Assembly: GCA_021828665.1 (NCBI GenBank)
Contig: JAJZDH010000003.1
Span: forward strand, 1-34,422
Source of the DNA: Thermoplasmata archaeon
Lineage (GTDB): Archaea > Thermoplasmatota > Thermoplasmata > Lutacidiplasmatales > UBA184
Direction of reading: 5' to 3'
Length of the DNA: 34,422 bases
Within the stretch, counting starts at the first letter, position 1. The number at the start of each line of letters is the position of its first letter. Position numbers and translations under genes: made by a program. Below are positions 1 through 9,600 of the stretch, one piece after another. Under the pieces are notes generated by a model. That model worked only from the letters and a program-made list of their open reading frames with translations, was not told the origin of the DNA and searched no databases.

Positions 1-29
1 TCGGCCAGGAGGAAATGCACAAGCTTCAC
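1..29 (-). CDS. Partial CDS (5' end only, MKLVHFLLA...), running off the window; start resembles archaeal Nep1/EMG1-type rRNA methyltransferases
   Basis: GTG at 29, with a TTATA box on the minus strand at about 68-72. Only 9 codons are visible, so the family guess is weak. Confidence 0.3.
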
Positions 30-67
30 GGTCGTCTTCCGTCCAGCTCCCCGGGAGACGGACCGGA

Positions 68-742
68 CTATAACGGTGCCCCGGCGCGGCCCGGTGGGGA
101 GAAGGTGAGCAGGAGCCCGGCTCCGAGCGGCTCCGCCGTCACCGGGCCCGCGGGGATCGTGGCCGCCGCGTCCGGGCATTCCGGCCCGCCGAGGAGCGGG
201 GGCGCCGTATGGCCGCCGATGAGCCAGGGGGCGATGTACACCGTGGCCCGGTCCACGAGACCGGCCCGGAAGAAGGAGCTCAGGACCTCCGCGCCGCCCT
301 CCACCAGGATCTGGCGGAACCCGCGGTCGGCGAGATCCCCGAGGAGCCCCTCGAGGTCCACCCGCCCCGTCCCGCCCCGGTACCGCTCGATCCCCTCCGG
401 GAACCGGCGCGGGCAGTCGGCGGCGGTGGCGAGGAGGGTGGGCGCCGAGCCGTCGAGCACGCGGGCCCCCTCGGGCGTCCGGCCGCGGGAATCGAGCACG
501 ATCCGGTAGGGCGCCCGGCCCCCGGTCTCCCCGAGAAGCTCCCAGTGGACCCGGAGCGACGGGTCATCGGCCAGCACCGTGCCGACGCCCACCACCACGC
601 CGTCCGAGGCGGCGCGGATCCGCATGACCCGGATCAGGTCCTCCGGGCCGGAGAGGCGGGCCCGCGCCCCGCCCGCGTAGGCCAGCCGACCGTCGAGGGA
701 AACGGCGCAATTCACGAGGACGCGGGGTCGGCGGCCGTTCAC
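68..742 (-). CDS. 2,5-diamino-6-(ribosylamino)-4(3H)-pyrimidinone 5'-phosphate reductase (Rib7/ArfC, RibD C-terminal domain), about 224 aa
   Basis: C-terminal part of track ORF 68..2239: RPRVLVNCAVSLDG, VGVGTVLADDPSL, RIVLDSRGRTP, ILVEGG. The GTG start at 742 overlaps the upstream stop (GTGA). Confidence 0.9.
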   Translation of the reverse strand: MNGRRPRVLVNCAVSLDGRLAYAGGARARLSGPEDLIRVMRIRAASDGVVVGVGTVLADDPSLRVHWELLGETGGRAPYRIVLDSRGRTPEGARVLDGSAPTLLATAADCPRRFPEGIERYRGGTGRVDLEGLLGDLADRGFRQILVEGGAEVLSSFFRAGLVDRATVYIAPWLIGGHTAPPLLGGPECPDAAATIPAGPVTAEPLGAGLLLTFSPPGRAGAPL

Positions 743-2256
743 GGGGGAGCCGCCTGGGCGGCCCTCGCCCACGCCGCCCGGAGCTCCTCGGCGGGGAACC
801 CGGCCCGCGCCAGCTCCGCGACATTGGTGGCCACGTTGGCGAGCGCCCCCTGGTGGGCGGCCCGGAGGAGCGCGAGCGCCGTCGTCCGGTCGCTCTCGAG
901 GGCCGGCTTGACCCGGGCCCGGTGCTCCTCGAGGAGCCGGCCGACCGCCGTCGCCTCCACGGCGACGGCGAGCGGCACCTCGGCGGCGGCCCGGAGCGCG
1001 GCCCCCCAGGCGGCCCGCGCCGCCGGGTCCTCCGGGGAGGCCCGGAGCGCCCGCCGGGCGGCCCCGACCGCTTCGAAGCTCCGGGCATCGGCCCCGATCC
1101 GGTCGAGGCAGCGGTCCCGGGCGGCCCGGAGCTCGGCCCGGACCGGGAGCTCGGCCCCCGGGTCCTGGGAGGCGGACTCCGAGTAGGCGAGCGCCATCGC
1201 CCCGAGGGAGGCCCCCAGCGCGGCGGCGAGCGCCGCGGCGCTCCCCCCGCCCGGCGTGGGGGTCCGATCCGACAGGCGGTGCGCGAACTCCGTCACGGTG
1301 AGCCCCGCGAGATCGGTGGCGGGTCCCGCCACCGGCGGCGACGCCGCCACCGCCCCCGCCCGGGCCAACTGCCGTTCGAGGAGGTTCTTCCGGTCGAACC
1401 CGTTGAGCTGCAGGTAGTGCTCGGCGGCGTCGAGGAGCGCCTCCTCCGGCACCAGCCCCACGATCTCGGTCTCCGCCACCTCCGCCCCGTACCGGCGGGC
1501 CTCCGCGCGGACCATCTCGAGGACCCGGTGGATCGGCGTGCGGCGGTAGTCGGTGAGGTTCAGGGAGACCTGGGCCCGGCCCCGTCCGGCGATCTCGAGC
1601 CCGAGCGCCTTCACCTCGGCGAGGCCGCCGTCGCGGGCCCGGACGGCGTGGGCGATCCGGCGGGCCACCTGGCCGTCGGAGGTGGTCAGGTTCGCGTTGT
1701 ACGCGATGAGGACCGGCCGGGCACCGATGGCGACGATGCCCGCGGTCGGATGGACGGCCGCCCCGCCGACGTCCGGACGGCGCGCGGGATCGAGCGCCAC
1801 CGCCTCGCGGATCGCCTCGAACCCTCCGGCCCGGAGGACGCCCAGGTCGCGGTGATCCGGGCGTTCGGCGGCGTCGGCGTAGAGGTACACCGGCACCTGG
1901 AGCTCGCTCCAGACCCGGGCGGCCAGCCTCCGGGCGAGCGCCACTGCCTCCTCCCGGGTCGCCTCCCCCAGCGGCACGAACGGGACCACGTCGGCCGCGC
2001 CCATCCGCGGGTGCGCCCCCCGGTGCCGCGTGAGGTCGACCTCCCGGACCGCGACCGCGATCATGCCGAACACCGCCTCGAGGAGCTCCGGCCCCGTCCC
2101 GGCGAGGCTCACCACGGAACGGTGGTGGTCGGCGTTCGCCTCGACATCGAGGACGACGACCCCCGGCCGGTTCCGGGCCGGCGCCACGATCCGTTCGATC
2201 CGGGCGGCATCGCGGCCCTCCGAGAAGTTCGGGACGCATTCGAACCAGGTCGTCAT
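739..2256 (-). CDS. ftcD: Bifunctional glutamate formiminotransferase / formiminotetrahydrofolate cyclodeaminase (FTCD), about 505 aa
   Basis: MTTWFECVPNFSEGRD, DHHRSV, HRGAHPRMGAADVVPFVP, GARPVLIAYN, then the cyclodeaminase motif PTPGGGSAAAL and NVATN. ATGA overlap with the fen stop. Confidence 0.93.
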   Translation of the reverse strand: MTTWFECVPNFSEGRDAARIERIVAPARNRPGVVVLDVEANADHHRSVVSLAGTGPELLEAVFGMIAVAVREVDLTRHRGAHPRMGAADVVPFVPLGEATREEAVALARRLAARVWSELQVPVYLYADAAERPDHRDLGVLRAGGFEAIREAVALDPARRPDVGGAAVHPTAGIVAIGARPVLIAYNANLTTSDGQVARRIAHAVRARDGGLAEVKALGLEIAGRGRAQVSLNLTDYRRTPIHRVLEMVRAEARRYGAEVAETEIVGLVPEEALLDAAEHYLQLNGFDRKNLLERQLARAGAVAASPPVAGPATDLAGLTVTEFAHRLSDRTPTPGGGSAAALAAALGASLGAMALAYSESASQDPGAELPVRAELRAARDRCLDRIGADARSFEAVGAARRALRASPEDPAARAAWGAALRAAAEVPLAVAVEATAVGRLLEEHRARVKPALESDRTTALALLRAAHQGALANVATNVAELARAGFPAEELRAAWARAAQAAPP

Positions 2257-3296
2257 GGGGCGGTCTCCTCGAACCGGTCCAGCCGGGATTGATGGCCGGC
2301 GGCGGGGAGCGGCGCGGGCGGGTGCGATCGGCGGCTCCGGCCCCGATCGGCCCGGGCGAGAGCGAGGTCCACCCGTTCCCTCGAGAAGCCGTGCCGCTCC
2401 ACCAGGAGCTCCCGGACCCGTTCCGGATCGGTCGGCCCGAACACGGGAGGCTCCGCCGGCACGATCTGGGGGTGGCGGAAGAGCTCGGCGACCGCCTCGG
2501 CCTCCGCTCGATCGAGCCCCGCCCGGCGGACGGTGGCCTCCCAGCCCAGGTGCTCGCGGACCAGTCGGAGCGCCCGTTTCGGCCCGAATCCGGCGGCTCC
2601 GTCGTTGTAATCGGTCCCGATGAGGATCCCCATTAGGATGAGTTCCTCCCCGTCGATCCCGAGATCGACCAGGAGGTCCGCCCGGTCGATGACCTGGGCG
2701 GCGGCTGTCCCCGGACCCCGGCCCCGCGCCGCGAGGCCCCGCACCAGGCGGGGGGTGCCGAAGAGGAGGCTGTCGTAGTCCTCCGAGGCGCTCGCCCAGA
2801 CCGTTCCGGCCGCCGCCAGCGCGGCCGCCTGGGCCTCCCCCTCCGAGGGGGCCTCGAGGTACGGCACCCCGAGGGCGTCGAGGAGCCGTTCGCCCTCCTG
2901 GACCATCTCCCGGGTCAGCCGGGAGGTGGCCGCCGCCTTCCGGCGCGCCCGCTCGAGGTCCCCCGCGTCGAGCGCCTCCTTCCATTCGGCCTCGGCCCGC
3001 TCCTTGGCCCGGAACCGACCGCTGAGGGTGCCGCTCTTGCGGTCGGGAGGCGCCCCGTCGAAGACCCAGTAGAGCCGGACCCCTTCGGCGAGGAGCGACG
3101 TGGTGCGGTACAGGAGTCCGATGAGGTGGGTCGTCACCCGACCTTCGGGGTCCGTGAACAGCTGCCCGTCGCGCTGCCGGATGGTGGCGAGGAACTGGTA
3201 GAGGGCATTGTAGCCATCCACGGCGAGCGTCCGACCGGCGAGCTGATCCCACGGGAGCTCCCTCGGGTGGACCAGGTCCCGGAGCGGAAGCCCCAC
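2253..3296 (-). CDS. fen: Flap endonuclease 1
   Basis: AVDGYNALYQFLATIRQRDG, VFDG, APSEGEAQAA, SEDYDSLLFG, GTDYN, and a C-terminal PCNA-interaction box QSRLDRF. Confidence 0.97.
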   Translation of the reverse strand: MGLPLRDLVHPRELPWDQLAGRTLAVDGYNALYQFLATIRQRDGQLFTDPEGRVTTHLIGLLYRTTSLLAEGVRLYWVFDGAPPDRKSGTLSGRFRAKERAEAEWKEALDAGDLERARRKAAATSRLTREMVQEGERLLDALGVPYLEAPSEGEAQAAALAAAGTVWASASEDYDSLLFGTPRLVRGLAARGRGPGTAAAQVIDRADLLVDLGIDGEELILMGILIGTDYNDGAAGFGPKRALRLVREHLGWEATVRRAGLDRAEAEAVAELFRHPQIVPAEPPVFGPTDPERVRELLVERHGFSRERVDLALARADRGRSRRSHPPAPLPAAGHQSRLDRFEETAP

Positions 3297-3315
3297 GTCG
3301 GCACGGAGCGGATGA

Positions 3316-3405
3316 GAGTACTTGGGGCTTTGGCCGCCCGCTCCGGGATGGGGCGTCGGGCCACCGACGGCCCGGGACCGGACCGGCCGGGGCCTTTAGG
3401 TACTC
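3316..3405. promoter_or_regulatory. Divergent core promoters for fen (CCAAGTACTC, minus strand, 3316-3325) and PAC2 (TTAGGTACTC, plus strand, 3396-3405)
   Basis: These are the main AT-rich patches in the spacer. Each lies 19 nt before its start codon. Confidence 0.5.
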
Positions 3406-3424
3406 GTGGGGCGTGGGCCCGCCG

Positions 3425-4237
3425 ATGACGAGCCGGTTCGAGTGGGTCGACGATGCCGGGGTGGCCGCGGTCGCCCCCGGCGGTGTGGTGCTGAGCTGTT
3501 TCCCGAGCGCCGGCCTCGCGGCCACGGTGGCGGCCCATTACATGGTCCAGGTCCTGGGCCTGCCCCGGATCGGCCGGCTGGATTCCGACGACGCCTTGCC
3601 GCTCGCCATCGTCCAGGCCGGTCAGGCCCAGCCCCCGATCCGGGTCTACGGCAAGGGGGCGATCACGCTCGTCGTGAGCGAGTTCCCTCCCATCCCCTCC
3701 TCCGCCCGGTCCATCGCCGAGGCCATCCTGGACGGCGTGGCGCGTCGGCGGGCCCGGTTCGTGCTGGCCGTCGACGGCGTGGTCTCCCCACCCTCCGCCG
3801 GCGAGGAAGGGGCCGCTCCGGAGGCGGCGGTCGAGCGGTCGCCCGAAACTTCCCCGGAGGGCTCCCTCTGGGCGATCAGCGCGCAGGAGGATCCGGAGTT
3901 CACGTCGATGTTCGAGCGGGCCCGGGCCCGGCGCCCGGCGGACGGCGTGATCGGCGGAGTCTCCGGCATGCTGCTGCTCCGGGGCCAGGCCCGGGGGATC
4001 CGGACCGCCACCCTGCTCGCCAATGCCCGGGCCGGCGACGGGGTTCCCGATCACCGGGCGGCGGCGGCGCTGATCGAGGCGATCGACCGGATCCTGCCGG
4101 AGGTGAAGATCGACACCCGCCCGCTCCTCTCTCAGGCCGAGGCGATCGAACGGGCGCTCCGGGCGGCCATGAAATCCCATGCGGGGGAACCCACGGGCCG
4201 ACCGTCCCTCGACGATTCCCGGTCCATCTACCAGTAG
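3425..4237 (+). CDS. Proteasome assembly chaperone (PAC2/PbaA-PbaB) family protein
   Basis: FPSAGLAATVAAHYM, PPIRVY, VSEFP, GVIGGVSGMLL, PDHRAAAALI, IDTRPLLSQAEAIE, and a C-terminal IYQ resembling an HbYX tail. Alternative start is GTG 3413. Confidence 0.88.
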   Translation: MTSRFEWVDDAGVAAVAPGGVVLSCFPSAGLAATVAAHYMVQVLGLPRIGRLDSDDALPLAIVQAGQAQPPIRVYGKGAITLVVSEFPPIPSSARSIAEAILDGVARRRARFVLAVDGVVSPPSAGEEGAAPEAAVERSPETSPEGSLWAISAQEDPEFTSMFERARARRPADGVIGGVSGMLLLRGQARGIRTATLLANARAGDGVPDHRAAAALIEAIDRILPEVKIDTRPLLSQAEAIERALRAAMKSHAGEPTGRPSLDDSRSIYQ

Positions 4238-4428
4238 GGGTGGGGAGCCCGCGCCGGCCGCGGGGTGAGGCTCCTCCGACCCCCCTCCCGCGAACGAAGG
4301 TGCGCCCCGGTGGCCGACCTCCCTCCCCCCGCCCCCGCCGGGAACCTCCTCTCGATGGGGACCCGACGACGCTCCCGCACCCGGCCCCTCGGCGGGGCCG
4401 CGGCCGGGTCGGCGGCCCGGAACCCGAC

Positions 4429-4617
4429 CTATTCGCTGCTCTCGGCCGTGGGTTGGAACGACTCCCGGTAGCTCAGGAGGTAGAGAAGCCCCACGATCAT
4501 GACCGAGATCAGTACCAGGATGGCAATCGGGTTGAGGGAGAAATAGACGGTGGTGACGGCCATCAGCACCGCGGGGAGCGCCACCGTGAGGAGAAGGGTG
4601 ATGACCCGACCGTCCAT
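4429..4617 (-). CDS. Small (62 aa) two-TM membrane protein of unknown function
   Basis: Hydrophobic, relatively AT-rich ORF, unlike the shadow frames. A TAAGTA box lies about 20 nt upstream of the ATG. Confidence 0.75.
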   Translation of the reverse strand: MDGRVITLLLTVALPAVLMAVTTVYFSLNPIAILVLISVMIVGLLYLLSYRESFQPTAESSE

Positions 4618-4775
4618 CGGGAGCCCGACCGGTCCGCCCCTACTTAGGGATTGGGGGAGCGGCGGAGCGAGGCGGCGGCCGGAGGCGCCCCCCCCGATCC
4701 GGAAACACCCCCTCCGGAGGCGCCCCGCTCCTCGTCGTTATACCGCCGGGGCGGCTCGCCGGCGCGGGGGGCCCC

Positions 4776-5549
4776 GTGGGGCGGCAGGGTGCATCGGTGA
4801 GGAAAACCGGAGCCGGTCGCGGGAGGGTCCGCCGCTCCCGTGCGACCACGCCCGGCGGCCCGGAGGGGCCCGCCGTCCTTCCCGAGATCCCTCTCGTGGA
4901 GATCGACGTGGACCCGGGCCCCGCTTCCCATTGGATCCGGGAGGTGACGGAACGGTGGCCGCTCGGCGTCCGGATCGATATCTGTCGGCCGACCGGCGTG
5001 GGCGGCGCCGACCTCCTCCAGGTGGTCGAGCTCCGCGGTGACCCCGGGGCGCTCGGCGAAGCGGAACGGTTCCTCCGCCACCGCCCGGAGCTGCGGGCCC
5101 TCACGGTGGCCTCGCCCTCGCCGGCGCGCCGCTTCCTCCGCGTGGTCACCCAACTGCCCGATCTCTGCCGCCGGGTCTTCGAGATCGGGGCCATCTGCGG
5201 GAGCTGCCGGTTTGTCGCTCCACCTCCGTCGGCCGACCCTCGGGAGCGGTGGACCCTCGTGGTGCCGCGGAATGCCGTCGCCCTCCGGGCGGCCGTAAGC
5301 CCCCGCTCCGGCCCGGGCCGGTCGCCGCTCCCCGTCCTCCGGGTGCGCCGGTTCGTACCCCCGAGGACCCTCACGCCCCGGCAGGCGGCGGCGCTGGAGA
5401 CCGCCTACCGGCTCGGGTTCTACGCCTTCCCCCGACGGAGCAATCTGAAGGAGGTGGCCCGGATCCTCGGGGTGAGCCGGTCGACCACGGCCGAACTGCT
5501 CCGCAGGGCCGAGAACAAGATGCTCGCCCATTCCATCGCGGACCCCTGA
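4776..5549 (+). CDS. Bacterio-opsin activator (Bat, HTH_10)-type transcription regulator
   Basis: C-terminal LTPRQAAALETAYRLGFYAFPRRSNLKEVARILGVSRSTTAELLRRAENK. TTATA at 4738-4742. The start is uncertain. Confidence 0.85.
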   Translation: MGRQGASVRKTGAGRGRVRRSRATTPGGPEGPAVLPEIPLVEIDVDPGPASHWIREVTERWPLGVRIDICRPTGVGGADLLQVVELRGDPGALGEAERFLRHRPELRALTVASPSPARRFLRVVTQLPDLCRRVFEIGAICGSCRFVAPPPSADPRERWTLVVPRNAVALRAAVSPRSGPGRSPLPVLRVRRFVPPRTLTPRQAAALETAYRLGFYAFPRRSNLKEVARILGVSRSTTAELLRRAENKMLAHSIADP

Positions 5550-5591
5550 GGCCGATCCCGCATCCCGGGAGCCGGTCCGCGCCCGGAGCGC

Positions 5592-6377
5592 TCACCCGAG
5601 ACGGGGGGTTCCCTTCCGACCGAAGGCGGCGACCGCCTTCGCGTTCTCGGGGCTGCCCCGGAGCGGATCCGCGAGGTCGAGCTCGAGGGCGAGCCCGTCG
5701 GCCAGGCTCAGGTCGAGGCCCCGGCGGACCGATTCGCGGGCGGTCCGTACGGCGCGCGGCGGGAGCTCGGCGATCCGTGCGGCGACCGCGCCGGCCTCCG
5801 CGCGCAGCCGTTCGAGGGGAACGATCCGGTTGATGAGTCCGAGCTCGTAGGCGCGGGCCGCGGAGATCGGTGCGCCGGTGAGCATCATCTCGAGCGCCAC
5901 GTTCGGCGGGAGGGCCCGGGGGAGCCGTTGGGTCCCGCCTTGGCCGGGGATGATGCCCCATCGCACCTCCGGCAGCCCGAACGTCGCGTTCGGGCTGGCC
6001 CATCGGAGATCGCAGGCGAGCGCGAGTTCGAGGCCGAGCCCGAGGCAGAGGCCGTTGATGGCGGCCACGACCGGCTTTCCCGGGTCGAAGTTGCGGGTGA
6101 GCCCGCCGAGGCCCGGTTCCCGCTGCCAGCGGGAGCGCCGTTCTCCCGGACGACCTTCCGCATAGAAATCGTCGAGCCGCTTCAAGTCGATCCCGGCCGA
6201 GAACGCCTTGGAGCCGGCCCCATCGAGGAGCCCTACCCGGAGACGGTCGTCGTCCCGGAGCCGGATCCAGGCGCGGACAAGGTCCGCGTGCATCTCGGGG
6301 TCGATGGCGTTCAGGCGCTCCGGCCGTTCCAGCGTCACGCAGAGCACGCCGCCCCGGGCCCGCACGCCGATCGGCAT
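5592..6377 (-). CDS. Enoyl-CoA hydratase/crotonase family protein, about 261 aa
   Basis: LERPERLNAI, AFSAGIDL, KPVVAAINGLCLGLGLELALACD, FGLPEVRWGIIPGQGGTQRLPR, with both catalytic Glu present. An ATTAAG box lies upstream of ATG 6377. Confidence 0.92.
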   Translation of the reverse strand: MPIGVRARGGVLCVTLERPERLNAIDPEMHADLVRAWIRLRDDDRLRVGLLDGAGSKAFSAGIDLKRLDDFYAEGRPGERRSRWQREPGLGGLTRNFDPGKPVVAAINGLCLGLGLELALACDLRWASPNATFGLPEVRWGIIPGQGGTQRLPRALPPNVALEMMLTGAPISAARAYELGLINRIVPLERLRAEAGAVAARIAELPPRAVRTARESVRRGLDLSLADGLALELDLADPLRGSPENAKAVAAFGRKGTPRLG

Positions 6378-6600
6378 CCCGCGGCCGACCGGCCCCGGCT
6401 TAATGGGATTATCGGCGGGGAGCTCCGCGGCGGGTGCCGCCGCGAGGGGGTCGCGAGGCGCCGCTCCGTTCCCGCTCCGAACGGAGTTCCCGTCGCCCTC
6501 CCCGCTGCCGGCACCCCCTCCCGACGCCGCCGGACCGCCGCGGGGGCCCCTCCCGTGCGGGGAGAAGGGTTCATGAGCGCCCCCGGGTCCCCTCCCCTCC

Positions 6601-9600
6601 ATGGGGGCTTCCCGAACCGCCCGGGGCGCTCCCGGCCGCTCGAGGACCCGGCCCGATCGCCCGCGGAGGCGCGCCGCGGTGCCGTGGACCATCGCCGTGG
6701 TCGTGGGGATGCTCGTTTCGGGTCTCGGCGTGGCCGCCGGTTCCGGTCCCGGGGCGGCGACGGCGAGCTCCGGGTCGCCGGCCGACCGCCCGGTGGCCGT
6801 CGGCCACCGCGACGCCACAACGCCCGCGGTCCCGGGTCCCACCGGCCGTACCCCGATCGACCCGCCCGGACCCCTCGCCCCGGGACGGTCGGTTTCGGCC
6901 TCCGCGACGACCGGAACCACGGGGGTCCCACCGGCCCGCTTCTCCTCGATCCGCATGGGTTCCTTCCATCTCCCCGGCCCGCACCCCCAGTCCTGGGGCG
7001 ACTCGGCGGTGCCGCCCGGGGCCCCGTTCGCGGTCGGCCCGGTGCCGTCCGCTCCGGCCGGGGGCCCGGCTGCGAGCGCATCGGAGAACAGCTCGGTGTT
7101 CTGGAGCGGCCACTGCGCGGGTCTCTATCCGGCCACGGGAAATGCGACGTACTACGACGGTTGCGTCGGCCACGACGAGCCCGGCATTCAGTTCTACTCC
7201 CCCGTTCCCGGGAGCGCGGGGAACATCACCTGGAACGTCACCCTGCCCGTGGACGTAGGCCCCTCCCAGAACCAGTCGAACCTGTACGTCGCGGTGTGGT
7301 TCGGGATGACCCTGAGCGACCCGCTCGCCTGGCTGGACCAGTGCTTCCTGGAATTGCAGCTGTACCCCGACTCCTCGTGGAGCGTTCCCGCCGTCTCCGG
7401 CGAATGGATCGGCGCCGCCGTCGCCTGGCAGATCGAGGCGGCCACCGGCTACGAGGATCCGTGCTACTACTCGCCCCTCTACCTCCACGGCCTCCCGACC
7501 GACGGGTACTTCAACATGACCGGCGGCGACCAGCTCACGGTGGCGATGTCGGGCTGGGAGAACGACCCGTGGGGGGAGAACATCTCCCTGATCGACCGGA
7601 CCCAGCACACCACCTCGAACCTCACCCTGGTCGACCCCTACTCGAACCTCCCGCTCGATCCGGCGTATTCCACCAACAGCTACGAGAACGGGCTCCAGTG
7701 GACGCCGGGCGGCGAGTACCCCAGCGTCTTCGCCTTCGAGACCGGCCACGGGCGCAACCCCGCCTACCCGACGAATACCACCTTCAACTACTGCGCGCCC
7801 GGTCCCCCTCCCGCGACGGCGGCGAATCCCGACGTGCCGTGCCCGAGCTACGATCCGGGAAGCTGGTCGAACGACACCGCCCAACCGTGGAGGATCGAGG
7901 TCCCCACCTTCGGCACGGGGACCCGCACGGCACCGGCCGCCCAGGTCTCCTTCTCGCAGGACCTCGGTGGGATCGACCTCGATGCCGGCGCGCCGGGCTG
8001 CCCCGGAAATCTCGGCAGCGCCTACTGCAGCTATCCGTGGTACAGCTACTCCTGCGCGACCCACTCCTTCCAGTTCGGGGCCACCGACTATCCGGGGGTC
8101 TCGGAGGACTTTGGAAAATACCTGGAGTTCGCCACCTCCGCCGAATCGAACGATCTCGGGTTCGGGTACTATCCGCCCACCAACTTCACCATCCCCACCT
8201 GCGGGGCCGCCTCCGCTTCCGTGAACCTTTCGATCGGCGGGCCGTCGGGAGGTTCCGTCTACTTCCTGTCGCACGATTACGGTTCGGCCGCCGTCATCTC
8301 CGGCCTCGCCCCGGGAGCGTACTCCCTGGACGCTCTCGCTTCCGGCGCCGTGGGGTTCGACCGGTGGGCGGTGACCGGGGCGCTCGCCGTCGGCTCCCCC
8401 ACCGCGGCGTGGACCACCCTCTGGGTGAACGGGAGCGGCAACCTCTCCGCCTCGTTCCAATCCTCGCCGCCCGCGACCGTCGCGGTGACCTTCGACGACT
8501 GGGGGGCGGCGGGCTCGGTCGCGGTGCTGCCGAGCTACCTCCGGATCACCGCCGGGGCCGCCCTCGCCACGGCGGCGAACGGGAGTTCCGTGGCGCTCGT
8601 CCCGCAGATCTACGGGCTCCTCGCCGATGCGCCGCCCGGGTACAACTTCACGCACTGGGCGGTGAACGGCTCGGGAGCGGTCATCGCCGCGAGCGGGCTG
8701 CCGACGAGCTGGCTGCTGGTGGACGGCGCCGCGGCGCGGGTGACCGTCACCGCCTGGTACGCCGCGTCGTCGACGTTCGATTCGATCACGGTCGCCGTCT
8801 CCGGAAACGGGACCGTGAACCTCTCCGGCTCCTCGGGGAGCAGCTTCTCCGAGACGCTCCGCGTGGGCAGCTACCCCGTGGTGGCCGATCCCGGACCCGG
8901 CTGGTCCTTCCAGGGGTGGTACGCCGGAGGGAGCGCCGCGATCCCGGACAACGGGCCGTCGAGCAACCTCACGCTGGAGAACGGCAGTTCGTACCTCTAC
9001 GCCTATTTCGGGGAGCTGCCGGTCGCGGTCCTCCTGGAGGTGGCCCCGGCCGCCGGGGGGACCGTCTCGGTGATCCCGGGCTCGTTCGATGGGAACAACA
9101 CCACCCTCGAACTCCCCGTCGGGACGACCTCGGTGGGCGTGCGGGTCGCCACGGGCTACCGGTTCCTGGGATGGACCGTGAACCAGTCGGGTGCGGGGTG
9201 GGTCGAGAGCCCCGGGGCGGCCGTCTCGAACTTCGTCGTGAATCGGACGGTCCGTCTCACCGCCGATCTCGTGGCCGCGCCGCTCGTCACCGTCTCCTTC
9301 CGGGCCGATCCTCCGGCCGGCGGGTCGATCGAGTTCAACTTCCGCACCTACGGCAACGGCAGCCAGAACACGACCGCCAACGGCTCCTACGCCCTCGCGT
9401 TCGCCCCGTCGCCGGGGTATTCCGAGGTCGGGGTCGGAGCCTCCGGTCCGCTCTCCGTCGGGTCGGGCGTCCTCCAGATCTCGGGAGGCGGCGGGGTGCT
9501 GACGGTGGACTTCCAGGCCATCCCGCCGGTGCCGGTCGCCGTGACCTTCGTCTCCGAGCCCGTGGGAGCCATGTTCGCCCGGATCCAGGGCACCGCCGTG

